64,000 nt of DNA from a virus: positions 34,370 through 98,369 of the IMG/VR virus record IMGVR_UViG_3300025889_000085; one strand, 5' to 3'. Shown piece by piece: positions 1 through 8,619 of this stretch. The first letter of the stretch is position 1. Each line of letters opens with the position of its first letter. The position numbers and the translations under genes are program-made. A model generated the notes under the pieces. The model saw nothing but the letters and a program-made list of their open reading frames with translations. It was not told the DNA's origin and made no database searches.

Positions 1-703
1 CTTTTTTCTTTTGCCACAGTACTTGCCTGCGCTCTAAACTTTCAATTTGATTGTTGATGCGCTCGTTGGCATCTGACACTGCTTTAATTCTTGCTTCTTC
101 ATGTTGAATGGCATCTTTAGTAGAACGATTTAGCTCTTTCAATGCTTCAGCTTTTTCACTCAGCATGGTAATACCCAGAAGCTGCTCAATGATAGCACGT
201 TGGTCATTGGCCCGCATACTGAGAAAAGGCTCTGTATAAGTGTTTAAGGCTACAACGTGCTTGAACATGTCATGACTCATGTTGAGCAAGCGTTCGATTT
301 CCTGTTGTGTTTCTCTGCTGTCACCTTGACTGTTGTCGTCTCTACTTTCCTGCTCTTCGTCGTTGACATAGAACTTGAGCACATTGGGTTTGCGTCCACG
401 CTCAATCCTGTAACTCTGTCCTTCGCAGTCAAAGTCGATGGTGATCAACATGGCCTTGCCGTTGGTCTTGTTGATTAGATTATCTTTTTTGATGTTAGTC
501 AGTGCCTGTCCAAACAGTGCATAACTAAGTGCATTGATGATTGTAGTCTTGCCTGTACCGTTACGTGCGCCACTATCATCGCCACCCAAGTCTAAGTTTT
601 CACCTAACACCAAAGTCAAGTCTTGGCGATCAAAGTCAATGCCCTGTGTGGCATTGCCCACGCTCATAAAGTTTTTAACTGACAGTGTTTTTATTTTGAA
701 CAT
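1..703 (-). CDS. gp46: Recombination endonuclease ATPase subunit (T4 gp46/SbcC/Rad50-like), N-terminal part; runs off the left edge
   Basis: Not in the ORF track. Manual translation from ATG at 703 gives MFKIKTLSVKNFMSVGN...GARNGTGKTTIINALSYALFG (SMC/Rad50 Walker A) followed by coiled coil; lies downstream of gp47. Confidence 0.93.
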   Translation of the reverse strand, partial: MFKIKTLSVKNFMSVGNATQGIDFDRQDLTLVLGENLDLGGDDSGARNGTGKTTIINALSYALFGQALTNIKKDNLINKTNGKAMLITIDFDCEGQSYRIERGRKPNVLKFYVNDEEQESRDDNSQGDSRETQQEIERLLNMSHDMFKHVVALNTYTEPFLSMRANDQRAIIEQLLGITMLSEKAEALKELNRSTKDAIQHEEARIKAVSDANERINNQIESLERRQVLWQKKK

Positions 704-1769
704 TATCGCTTATTTCTTTATAAATTGGTTTGAATACTTGATCGATGTAGTCTAAAATTATTTGCCTATTATACAACAGTCTACTTTCTAATTCAAGATT
801 TATTTGTTTCAAATAGTCTAGCGGCCACTTAGAAACAATCTCCGCTTGTTTCATAACTGCCAAGAATCTTTCACTGGGATCTTCAATGGAGTCATAACTT
901 TCATCCCAGTAATCGTCAAAAGTTTTTATTCCAAACGACTGCAGATATCGAATAGTTCCTACCGCACCCAATATGATAAAAGGAGTTGTACACAATATTG
1001 GTCTCAATATTTTTTCACTTATGTAAACAGATGGGTAATCAAAAACTGATTCGGACACTAAATCTACTGCGAATTCTTTGTAAAAATCAGATCCGTTTGG
1101 TGGTATATTTGGATTTATGTAACTTTTTGGTACAGGAATTTGATTTAAAAATAAAATTTCTTTGTTTTGCGTTAACGTTGTCCAATCTTCACTAACTGAA
1201 ATCGCATTATTGTAAACATAATCCAAATTGTCATCGATATTGCTCTGATTTTGATTTGTAGGTATTTCACTTAGCATTTTAGTGTTTGGATTGTTAATTG
1301 AATACTGAATCTCCGAACAATTATTTTTAATGATGTAGGCTATAAGTTTTTCTCTATGTGCTCTTAATAAGCCCACCATACACAACATAGGATATATTAT
1401 ATTTTTCCTATATCTTATAATATCTTTAACATTGTTGTAACTATTATAGTTTAGAATAAGATTAAAAACTTCCGGTTGATCATTATTGTCAAAGTAAGGA
1501 ATTAATTGTTTTTTAAGGTTACTACTGTTACAAATAAATCTAAAAACGAAACCAGGAAATCCCATAGATTTAATCGCTAATAATAGATTGTATATTGTAA
1601 AACTCAAAGGAGAATTTAAAAAATAAAAGTCAGTGTCGTTATGTAAAACTACAATTCTTTCATTTGGCTTAAATTCTTCCTTAAAAAGTGTTTTTAACTT
1701 ACCATGTAATGAAGGTGCGTCTTGCCGATAATGGATCAAGTCAATAACATCAATTACGCTAATAGTCAT
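675..1769 (-). CDS. AT-rich putative glycosyltransferase-like protein (GT10/fucosyltransferase-like C-terminal motif)
   Basis: C-terminal VSESVFDYPSVYISEKILRPI...PFII.G...GIKTFDDYWDESYD.IED..ERF; same block as 39557..40633. Confidence 0.5.
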   Translation of the reverse strand: MTISVIDVIDLIHYRQDAPSLHGKLKTLFKEEFKPNERIVVLHNDTDFYFLNSPLSFTIYNLLLAIKSMGFPGFVFRFICNSSNLKKQLIPYFDNNDQPEVFNLILNYNSYNNVKDIIRYRKNIIYPMLCMVGLLRAHREKLIAYIIKNNCSEIQYSINNPNTKMLSEIPTNQNQSNIDDNLDYVYNNAISVSEDWTTLTQNKEILFLNQIPVPKSYINPNIPPNGSDFYKEFAVDLVSESVFDYPSVYISEKILRPILCTTPFIILGAVGTIRYLQSFGIKTFDDYWDESYDSIEDPSERFLAVMKQAEIVSKWPLDYLKQINLELESRLLYNRQIILDYIDQVFKPIYKEISDNVQNKNTVS

Positions 1770-2481
1770 GCAAGTTCCTCCAATGATTGTATATGTTTTC
1801 TAAATTTTCATATGGAATTATTTGCAAAGTATTTGCAATTTTTTGTAGGTTATCTATGATACTTTTATATTCTAGTAATTCACTTAGCGGGATCACAATA
1901 TCGTTTTTTCCAACAGGAGGATTTTTAAAAAGATGAGTGAAGTTGTCTTCAATAATATTGTTCCTTATGAATCTATATAGACTGTTTGTTTTTACTTTGT
2001 ACAGATTTTGGCTTTCAAAGCCAGCAATTTTATAACTGTCTCTATGTTCTTGTTGAGTAATTTCATAGCCATCATCTATTTTACGTGCAGAGTATCGTTT
2101 GCGCCATTTGCTTTTATAGAACCATTTTAAACTTGGCTGATCTAGCATAATAGTAATTATTTGATAATGCTGCATCCAATTTGGGATATTAAATTTATGT
2201 GTATGTAATGGTATCCACAAGTCGGCAAAATTTATTGGAAGATTTGATAAATCGTCCCCTCTTGTATATGTTGCACTGTAATATTGATTTATTGAATAGC
2301 AGTTTTTTGGTTCATTATCTAACCAAGAATCAAAATCGCTGGTAAAACTACTTTTAAACCATTCTGAATCAGATTGCTCAGTGTTATTCCAAGATTGTAT
2401 ATCGGGGTGAAATCCTAGAAGAGCACAAAGCATTTTACCTGCACCTCCTGGCGGATAACGCACAACAAGAAATTTTGCCAC
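1759..2481 (-). CDS. AT-rich hypothetical protein with N-terminal P-loop/sulfotransferase-like motif
   Basis: 240-aa ORF (GTG start) overlapping both neighbours; beta-strand followed by YPPGGAGK. Confidence 0.45.
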   Translation of the reverse strand: MAKFLVVRYPPGGAGKMLCALLGFHPDIQSWNNTEQSDSEWFKSSFTSDFDSWLDNEPKNCYSINQYYSATYTRGDDLSNLPINFADLWIPLHTHKFNIPNWMQHYQIITIMLDQPSLKWFYKSKWRKRYSARKIDDGYEITQQEHRDSYKIAGFESQNLYKVKTNSLYRFIRNNIIEDNFTHLFKNPPVGKNDIVIPLSELLEYKSIIDNLQKIANTLQIIPYENLENIYNHWRNLHDY

Positions 2482-3497
2482 TAAAGATTCCTATAAATGT
2501 CCAGTAACAGATTATTATCGTAGTGATCGCTGGCAATAGCAGTTAGTTGATTAGTTACAATCTGATCTACACTTTCGAACTGCACATTACCCTGTATTTC
2601 ATACTCTGATAAGTCTGTATTCTTTTGCGGCAGCAGTGTAATCTCACGCAGGTTATACTGCCCAATAAAAGTTTCTTTGATAAAATTGGCTTCTTCGTAA
2701 CTGATATCAATGTCCAAGTTCACACGCACATGCATACCTGGCGCCAGTATGTCGTCGGCATGATCCAGTATTGCTGCCAAGCCTAACACACGGTATCTGG
2801 GTTGATCGGGCCAAGCATGATACTCAGGCTCTTTGCCCCATTCAATAACACACAGTCCTCTGTCATCATCACCAGCGTCTGCATAGTTGTGTGGAAAGCA
2901 GTTGCCAATATAAGTGATGTTGCCGTGGTTTTGTCTTTTGTGAAAGTGCCCTGTGTAAACTTGTTCACAGGCCCGAAACTGTTCACGTTTGACTTCACCG
3001 TGATCGGGCATCTGCACCATGGCGTTCATGTAAAAGTGAGGAAGTTCAAAGTGTCCAAATACATATTTGGTCTTTAGTTTTGGCACACGTTTGTAGTCAT
3101 CACCTACCAACCAAGGTGCAATAGTTACATCACCTTCCGAGAACCAATCATTACAGATTCTAACATTGGGCAAATGTCTAGCCCACTCTACACTCTGTAT
3201 GTCACGTTTGTCCCTATAGTACAAATCGTGGTTACCAGGGATAAAGTAGACCTGATCAAAGTTTGCGTTTAAATGCTCTAAGGCCTGCAGACTGTAGTTC
3301 AGTGTAACAATATTAATACTGGCACGGTTGTTGTGCCAGTCCCCCAGGAATAAAGCAGTTTCGCAGCCTTGGTCTCGTGCAGTCTGAGTAGCCCATTTGA
3401 CAAAGTTCAAACAGTCTTCGTTATGCAGTTGACTGTTTGACTTTAAGCCAAAGTGTATGTCCGTGAACACGGCTGCTTTTTTGAATAGATTAGCCAT
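2481..3497 (-). CDS. gp47: Recombination endonuclease nuclease subunit (T4 gp47/SbcD/Mre11-like metallophosphoesterase)
   Basis: Motifs DIHFG, LGDW, GNHD, GHFE, GHFH; sits between gp55-like and gp46-like genes. Confidence 0.93.
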   Translation of the reverse strand: MANLFKKAAVFTDIHFGLKSNSQLHNEDCLNFVKWATQTARDQGCETALFLGDWHNNRASINIVTLNYSLQALEHLNANFDQVYFIPGNHDLYYRDKRDIQSVEWARHLPNVRICNDWFSEGDVTIAPWLVGDDYKRVPKLKTKYVFGHFELPHFYMNAMVQMPDHGEVKREQFRACEQVYTGHFHKRQNHGNITYIGNCFPHNYADAGDDDRGLCVIEWGKEPEYHAWPDQPRYRVLGLAAILDHADDILAPGMHVRVNLDIDISYEEANFIKETFIGQYNLREITLLPQKNTDLSEYEIQGNVQFESVDQIVTNQLTAIASDHYDNNLLLDIYRNL

Positions 3498-3503
3498 CTA
3501 TCT

Positions 3504-3532
3504 ATTATAACTTCGTTTTTGGTCTACTGCAA
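3504..3532 (-). promoter_or_regulatory. sigma70-type promoter of gp47, probably giving a leaderless mRNA
   Basis: TTGCAG-17 bp-TATAAT-6 nt-ATG; no Shine-Dalgarno. Confidence 0.65.
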
Positions 3533-3544
3533 CTGGAAAAATTG

Positions 3545-4423
3545 TCATTCGTCGTAATATCCGCCACCACCACCAGTCATCATGCCCTGTCGTGTATAAC
3601 TGGGGTTTAGGTTGTTCATTTCTAAAATGTCATCTCTGATATTTTGGTTACGTTTTTCAATGTTGAGCACACGAGTAAACGAGTTAGTAATTGCCGCAGT
3701 ATAGTAAGCAAATGGGTTCTGACTCTTGCTTTCATCAAACTGTAAGCCAATTTGGCTTAACTGTAGCAGTGCCTGGCTACGCATTTCGTCGTTGTAAGTG
3801 TAGCCGCGCCAATTTGATCGAGTAGCATAACGCTCGCACAGTTTCATAAACATGTGTGCCAATTTGTTGGTCATTTGTCCATGCTCACGTGAAAATTCTC
3901 CCGACTCTAAATCGCCCCGCCAGTGACTTTTGCCTACCAGTACAGGTTCACCCTCGGCATCGACACGATAGTGATAAAACGGTGGAAAGTTTACTTTGAC
4001 ATACTTGTTATGTTTAGGATCTTCCTCGTCATACTCGGTGTGTGCTGGTTCGTCCTCATCGTCAACTAAGTCTTTAGCCTGTTGACGTGCTTTGTTAGTT
4101 TTGACTTCATCTAAGGGGATATGCTCCCAAGTCATTACACGAAACACACAGTCAGTTTGTGGGATTTTGGTATACTTAATTTCAAAATCTTCTAACTTTT
4201 GCTTTTGTCCTGTTTCTTTTACAGCCTGCTCATGTGCCAGTTTGGTCAAGCGTTCCGCCCTTGCACGGCGTGCAGCCACAATGTTTTTCTTATTGATTTT
4301 TTTGACACTGTCTACGATCATGTCAAAATTAGCAGCGTCTTGGTCCAAATAACTGCAATAGGTAGTTTTACTTTTGTGTATTTCTTTAAGAATATCTTTA
4401 TTATTAAGGTAATTGTGTTTAAT
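3545..4423 (-). CDS. gp55: Late-transcription sigma factor, T4 gp55-like; probable ATT start at 4423 (track starts at TTG 4348)
   Basis: NWRGYTYNDEM...QFDESKSQNPFAYYTAAITNSF motif; the frame stays open upstream as IKHNYLNNKDILKEIHKSK, preceded by AAGGAG; gp55-gp47-gp46 synteny. Confidence 0.82.
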   Translation of the reverse strand: MKHNYLNNKDILKEIHKSKTTYCSYLDQDAANFDMIVDSVKKINKKNIVAARRARAERLTKLAHEQAVKETGQKQKLEDFEIKYTKIPQTDCVFRVMTWEHIPLDEVKTNKARQQAKDLVDDEDEPAHTEYDEEDPKHNKYVKVNFPPFYHYRVDAEGEPVLVGKSHWRGDLESGEFSREHGQMTNKLAHMFMKLCERYATRSNWRGYTYNDEMRSQALLQLSQIGLQFDESKSQNPFAYYTAAITNSFTRVLNIEKRNQNIRDDILEMNNLNPSYTRQGMMTGGGGGYYDE

Positions 4424-4448
4424 AACCGTTCTCCTTTATACTGTTATA

Positions 4449-4477
4449 ATAGTAACATAGTTTTACTGGGTTGTCAA
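4449..4477 (-). promoter_or_regulatory. sigma70-type promoter for the gp55-like gene
   Basis: TTGACA-17 bp-TACTAT upstream of the AAGGAG ribosome-binding site. Confidence 0.6.
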
Positions 4478-4509
4478 TTCTTGAATGCAAAATTGGCATA
4501 ATTTTTGGC

Positions 4510-4517
4510 GATAAATA
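4510..4517 (+). promoter_or_regulatory. T4-like late promoter (GATAAATA)
   Basis: TAAATA core just upstream of the first structural gene; the motif recurs before many structural genes. Confidence 0.65.
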
Positions 4518-4535
4518 TTTTAAATCGGAATAATT

Positions 4536-5447
4536 ATGGCAAATTTACAGCAAGGTCCTAGTAGTAACTCAGACAACACAGATCCATCTGGAGTTAGTCA
4601 AACTGCTGGGGTAGCACCACAACAACAGTTTGCATCAGGCGGAGATGCAAGTGCATTTCGTTTAAGTACCCTTGCAGAAGGCATTGTAAAAGGTGGAGCC
4701 TTTGCTTTGGAAGCCATAGCTGGTAGTGTATTTAACTTTAATTCTACTGGTGCGAACCCTAGTTCAATTGGTCCTGACGATGACTGGCGTGTGCGTATTA
4801 GTATGCAACCACAGACTGCTGCATTGTTTTATAATAATCCAGGTAATCCTATATTGTACCCGTTGAGTCAAACCAATGGTGTAGTTTTTCCTTATACTCC
4901 ACAAGTAGATATTTCACACCAGGCTGATTACACAGCGCAACCATTAACACATAGCAATTATCAAAGTTACTTTTATGACAAAAGTTCAGTACAACGTATA
5001 AACATTACTGCTGATTTTACTGTACAAAATATTCAAGAAGGACAGTATCTTGCTGCAGTTATGCAATTCTTAAAAAGCACAACAAAAATGTTTTTTGGAA
5101 ATAGTCAACTAGCAGGTACACCACCTCCAATGGTGTTTTTAGACGGATATGGTCCAGCAATTTTACCACACGTTCCTTGTGTAGTGACAGATTTTAGTTA
5201 TACTATGCCTGGTGATGTAGACTATATAAAAATACCAGTTGGCGCCAGTTTGCAAAGCACCGCCGGCAATCCCATACAAAATAGTAATTATGCAGTACCA
5301 GCAAGACTGCCCACTGCTTGTACATTACGTATCGGACTACAGCCAATTTACAGCAAAAATAACGTGGCAAGAAACTTTACACTAGAGCGTTATGCTGCTG
5401 GAGGCCTGATACAAGATTCACGTGGCGCTAGGGGAGGATTTATTTAA
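4536..5447 (+). CDS. Baseplate/tail-tube initiator-like structural protein (gp48/gp54 or CIS tube-initiator type)
   Basis: FPYTP...THSNY...GTPPPMVFLDGYG...VPCVVTDFSY; first gene of the baseplate cluster, before the gp53-like gene. Confidence 0.6.
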   Translation: MANLQQGPSSNSDNTDPSGVSQTAGVAPQQQFASGGDASAFRLSTLAEGIVKGGAFALEAIAGSVFNFNSTGANPSSIGPDDDWRVRISMQPQTAALFYNNPGNPILYPLSQTNGVVFPYTPQVDISHQADYTAQPLTHSNYQSYFYDKSSVQRINITADFTVQNIQEGQYLAAVMQFLKSTTKMFFGNSQLAGTPPPMVFLDGYGPAILPHVPCVVTDFSYTMPGDVDYIKIPVGASLQSTAGNPIQNSNYAVPARLPTACTLRIGLQPIYSKNNVARNFTLERYAAGGLIQDSRGARGGFI

Positions 5448-5761
5448 TGGCACGGTCTAGTTCTAAGGTTGAATACAACTCAACAAGTCCTTATTACAAT
5501 ACACCGGTTATTGGAGGATACCTGGATTTAGCAAACATTCCTAGCATTCCTAAACTGCAAGGTGATGTTATTGTTACTGTAAACAAGACTTATCAGTATC
5601 GGCCGGACCTATTAGCATATGACTTATACGGTGATCCTGGATTATGGTGGGTGTTTGCTGTAAGAAACCCAAATGTAATAAACGATCCCATTTTTGACAT
5701 GCGTATTGGTAAACGTATTGCAGTACCTAAAAAAGAAACATTACAAGGTATCATTACATAA
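5447..5761 (+). CDS. gp53: Baseplate wedge protein, gp53/LysM-like
   Basis: YRPDLLAYDLYGDPGLWWVFAVRN motif. Confidence 0.8.
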   Translation: MARSSSKVEYNSTSPYYNTPVIGGYLDLANIPSIPKLQGDVIVTVNKTYQYRPDLLAYDLYGDPGLWWVFAVRNPNVINDPIFDMRIGKRIAVPKKETLQGIIT

Positions 5762-8604
5762 TGGCTAACCTTTTTGATTTTAGTGCCGAGTTCGAAGGCG
5801 TCGATCAGGCAATTCAAGAACAAACAGGCGCAGTATATAATGAACCAGATCCATTTGTAATACCGTCAAGTCGAAACACGACATCTGTAGTGGAATCGTT
5901 TGGTGCAGAGAATTTCGTACCTACAGGTAGTCTTAGTCCTTACTTGGTAGATGAAGCAGCCCAAGCACAAGTTGATGAATCGTTTATTCAAGAAGCAGAA
6001 GGTTTAAATGCACAACAATCTGCTTTTTCTCCTAGTCTGGTATCCCCTACCACAAAAGAACCTGTTTATACAGTAGAAGTAAGAGGTACTGCACCAGCAC
6101 AACAACCACTTGTAAATCCCTTGCACGATTTTGAAAGTTATACCTACAATTTAAGTTTACATGCAATCACAATTGAAAATTTCAATAATTTAACAGACAG
6201 CCCACGTGGATATATTCCAACCGATGTTTTAATTGCAGGCGCTGGGCGTTACAGTGATAACTTTAAACGCAATCGCTTTTTTGAAGAAGACTTTTATTTT
6301 GAAAATCTAAGATTAGAGTCTATTGTTAACACAAAAAAGACAAATAGATTTAGTAATGTTGTTAATATAGAGTTTACAATCATTGAACCCGGTGGGTTTA
6401 CTCTTATTCAAAGGTTAATTAGTGCTTGCGAACTTCCTCGCAGTCAAGGAGGAGTAGGAGGCCAAAATTATCTTAAACAGCCTTTCATATTACAAATTGA
6501 TTTTTATGGACAAGTCGATGGTAATATAGGTGCTGGTATTATACCTAATCAAACAAAATTAATTCCAATTAAGTTAGTTTCAATGAACACTAAAATTGGT
6601 ACAAAGGGCACACAATATGATTTCGAAGCAGTCCCTTATAACCATAATGCTTTTGACCCAACAAAAATAAACTTGCCAGCAAATTTCACCGTTAAAGCAG
6701 CAAAAGTTTATGATATATTTGGTGATGGTGAAGTCACAACAGAATCCACAGCAGAATCGCAAGCACTACAAGACCAAATTGAAGCCAGAAATAATTATAG
6801 TGAAACGTATGGAGCTGCATTGACAGAAGATAATGAAGGGGCAGCAGCAGTTCTCGCAAACCAAGGAATCTACCAAACTAAGGTTACGCAAACACTTGGC
6901 AAAACAGGAATAGCGGCTGGATTTAACAGTTATTACAAGACGTTAGAAGAAAAAAATAATTTAAAATACGATAGAATTAAATTTAGTTTAGATCCTGAAA
7001 TTGGAGACTCGTTAATTTATACATCAGGACCAACTAGTATTTCTAATGCTGCAGAAACTGGTAGCACTGAAACTGCCGCTCAACAAGCAGGCGGAGCAAA
7101 TAAAGGAACTATTGCTTTTAATGCCGGACAGTTAACTATACCTGCGGGCACAAATATTCAAAGTGTGATAGAATGGGCAATTACTAATAGCGAATATATG
7201 AGCAAACAGATAATAGGAGTACAAGGCGCGGGTGATCCCAGCAAAGGTGTTGTAAATCAAAGTGCTGAAATACTTAAATTGGTAAAAATCGTACCAAGAG
7301 TTAAAATCAGAGAATACGATCCTACTAGAGCAAATTACAGTTATGACATAACTTATATAATTAGAAAATTCCTAGTTAATAGTAGGACACCAAACGCACC
7401 GCAAGGCAGAGTGCAAGGGTGGGTTAAAGAATACAACTACATTTATACCGGAGGTGTTAGTCCTTATACCGGTGATGTAGCAGTTAATAGAGACGTAATT
7501 AATCTTGATTTAGATTTTAACATGTTGTTTTATACAGCAATTACTGGATTTAGAGAAAAAAACAAACTGTTTACAACCGGCGCAACTCAAGCCAATGGTG
7601 CAGATGATTTACAGACAATATTGAATGAAAATGCCAGTGGGTTCGAAGGCGATCCGGGAAATACTCCTAGTACACAAACAACTAACCCAGCAAAGGCATT
7701 AGAAGATCTTGTTGAACGTGCAGAAGTTGTATACCAGTCTGGTAGTAAAAGAAATCAAACTAGAACAGGTGCCGGCCAAGCTGGCGTTCAAGCGAGTGCA
7801 GATATATTAAACAATCAACTTTCTGATGCTAGAGGTGATATGATCAACGTGTCACTTACTATCACAGGCGATCCCCATTGGATTAAACAAGACGACATTC
7901 TTTATAATCAAAATTTAGTTGGACAAACTAGTAGACTTACTCCTAATAACAGTCTTTACACTGACAGCGGTGAACTTTATGTTTACTTAAACTTTATGAG
8001 TCCCGTAGACTATGATGAATCAACCGGACTTGCTATACCTTTTGGATCTTCATATAATTACAGCCTTTTTTCTGGTGTCTACAAAGTTATAACTGTTACG
8101 TCGACGTTTAGAGGAGGAGAATTTCGACAAATATTAGAGTTGATTAGACTTCCCATTAGCGACCAGAATAGACTTAAAGAAGCACAGAGTGCATATAGAC
8201 AGGCCTATGGTTTTGAAATTGGTACAGGACAAGGCGTAGCATTTCAAACAAGTCAACTTGCAGGTCAACGAATTTTTGGTACTATACTAAGTGGAGCACT
8301 TTTAAATGGAGGTGCTGGATTAGAAAGCCTTGCTGCTGCTGCAACCAAAAAAGTATTTGGCGAAGTACAAAACATTGTAGCAAAAGAAATTGGTAGATTA
8401 ACTTCGGATATTTTCGATAGCAGCATTGCTGATAACGCAGCTGATGCTCTTTCTTCGATTAATTTTGATGACATCGGAGGCGTCAACGCTACATTCCAAG
8501 ACCTTGGAACTGATCTTGTTAATAGTTTAGATTTCCTAGATGTTGAAGTAGGCGACCCTACGCAATTTACCAGTGATGTAGATTTCCTAGGCGACTGGTT
8601 GTGA
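5761..8604 (+). CDS. Baseplate hub-like structural protein (gp27/gpD-like)
   Basis: 947 aa between gp53-like and gp5-like genes; LTITGDP and SGVYKVITVTSTFRGGEFRQILELIR hub-type C-terminal motif. Confidence 0.6.
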   Translation: MANLFDFSAEFEGVDQAIQEQTGAVYNEPDPFVIPSSRNTTSVVESFGAENFVPTGSLSPYLVDEAAQAQVDESFIQEAEGLNAQQSAFSPSLVSPTTKEPVYTVEVRGTAPAQQPLVNPLHDFESYTYNLSLHAITIENFNNLTDSPRGYIPTDVLIAGAGRYSDNFKRNRFFEEDFYFENLRLESIVNTKKTNRFSNVVNIEFTIIEPGGFTLIQRLISACELPRSQGGVGGQNYLKQPFILQIDFYGQVDGNIGAGIIPNQTKLIPIKLVSMNTKIGTKGTQYDFEAVPYNHNAFDPTKINLPANFTVKAAKVYDIFGDGEVTTESTAESQALQDQIEARNNYSETYGAALTEDNEGAAAVLANQGIYQTKVTQTLGKTGIAAGFNSYYKTLEEKNNLKYDRIKFSLDPEIGDSLIYTSGPTSISNAAETGSTETAAQQAGGANKGTIAFNAGQLTIPAGTNIQSVIEWAITNSEYMSKQIIGVQGAGDPSKGVVNQSAEILKLVKIVPRVKIREYDPTRANYSYDITYIIRKFLVNSRTPNAPQGRVQGWVKEYNYIYTGGVSPYTGDVAVNRDVINLDLDFNMLFYTAITGFREKNKLFTTGATQANGADDLQTILNENASGFEGDPGNTPSTQTTNPAKALEDLVERAEVVYQSGSKRNQTRTGAGQAGVQASADILNNQLSDARGDMINVSLTITGDPHWIKQDDILYNQNLVGQTSRLTPNNSLYTDSGELYVYLNFMSPVDYDESTGLAIPFGSSYNYSLFSGVYKVITVTSTFRGGEFRQILELIRLPISDQNRLKEAQSAYRQAYGFEIGTGQGVAFQTSQLAGQRIFGTILSGALLNGGAGLESLAAAATKKVFGEVQNIVAKEIGRLTSDIFDSSIADNAADALSSINFDDIGGVNATFQDLGTDLVNSLDFLDVEVGDPTQFTSDVDFLGDWL

Positions 8605-8619
8605 AGATAATTAACTAAT

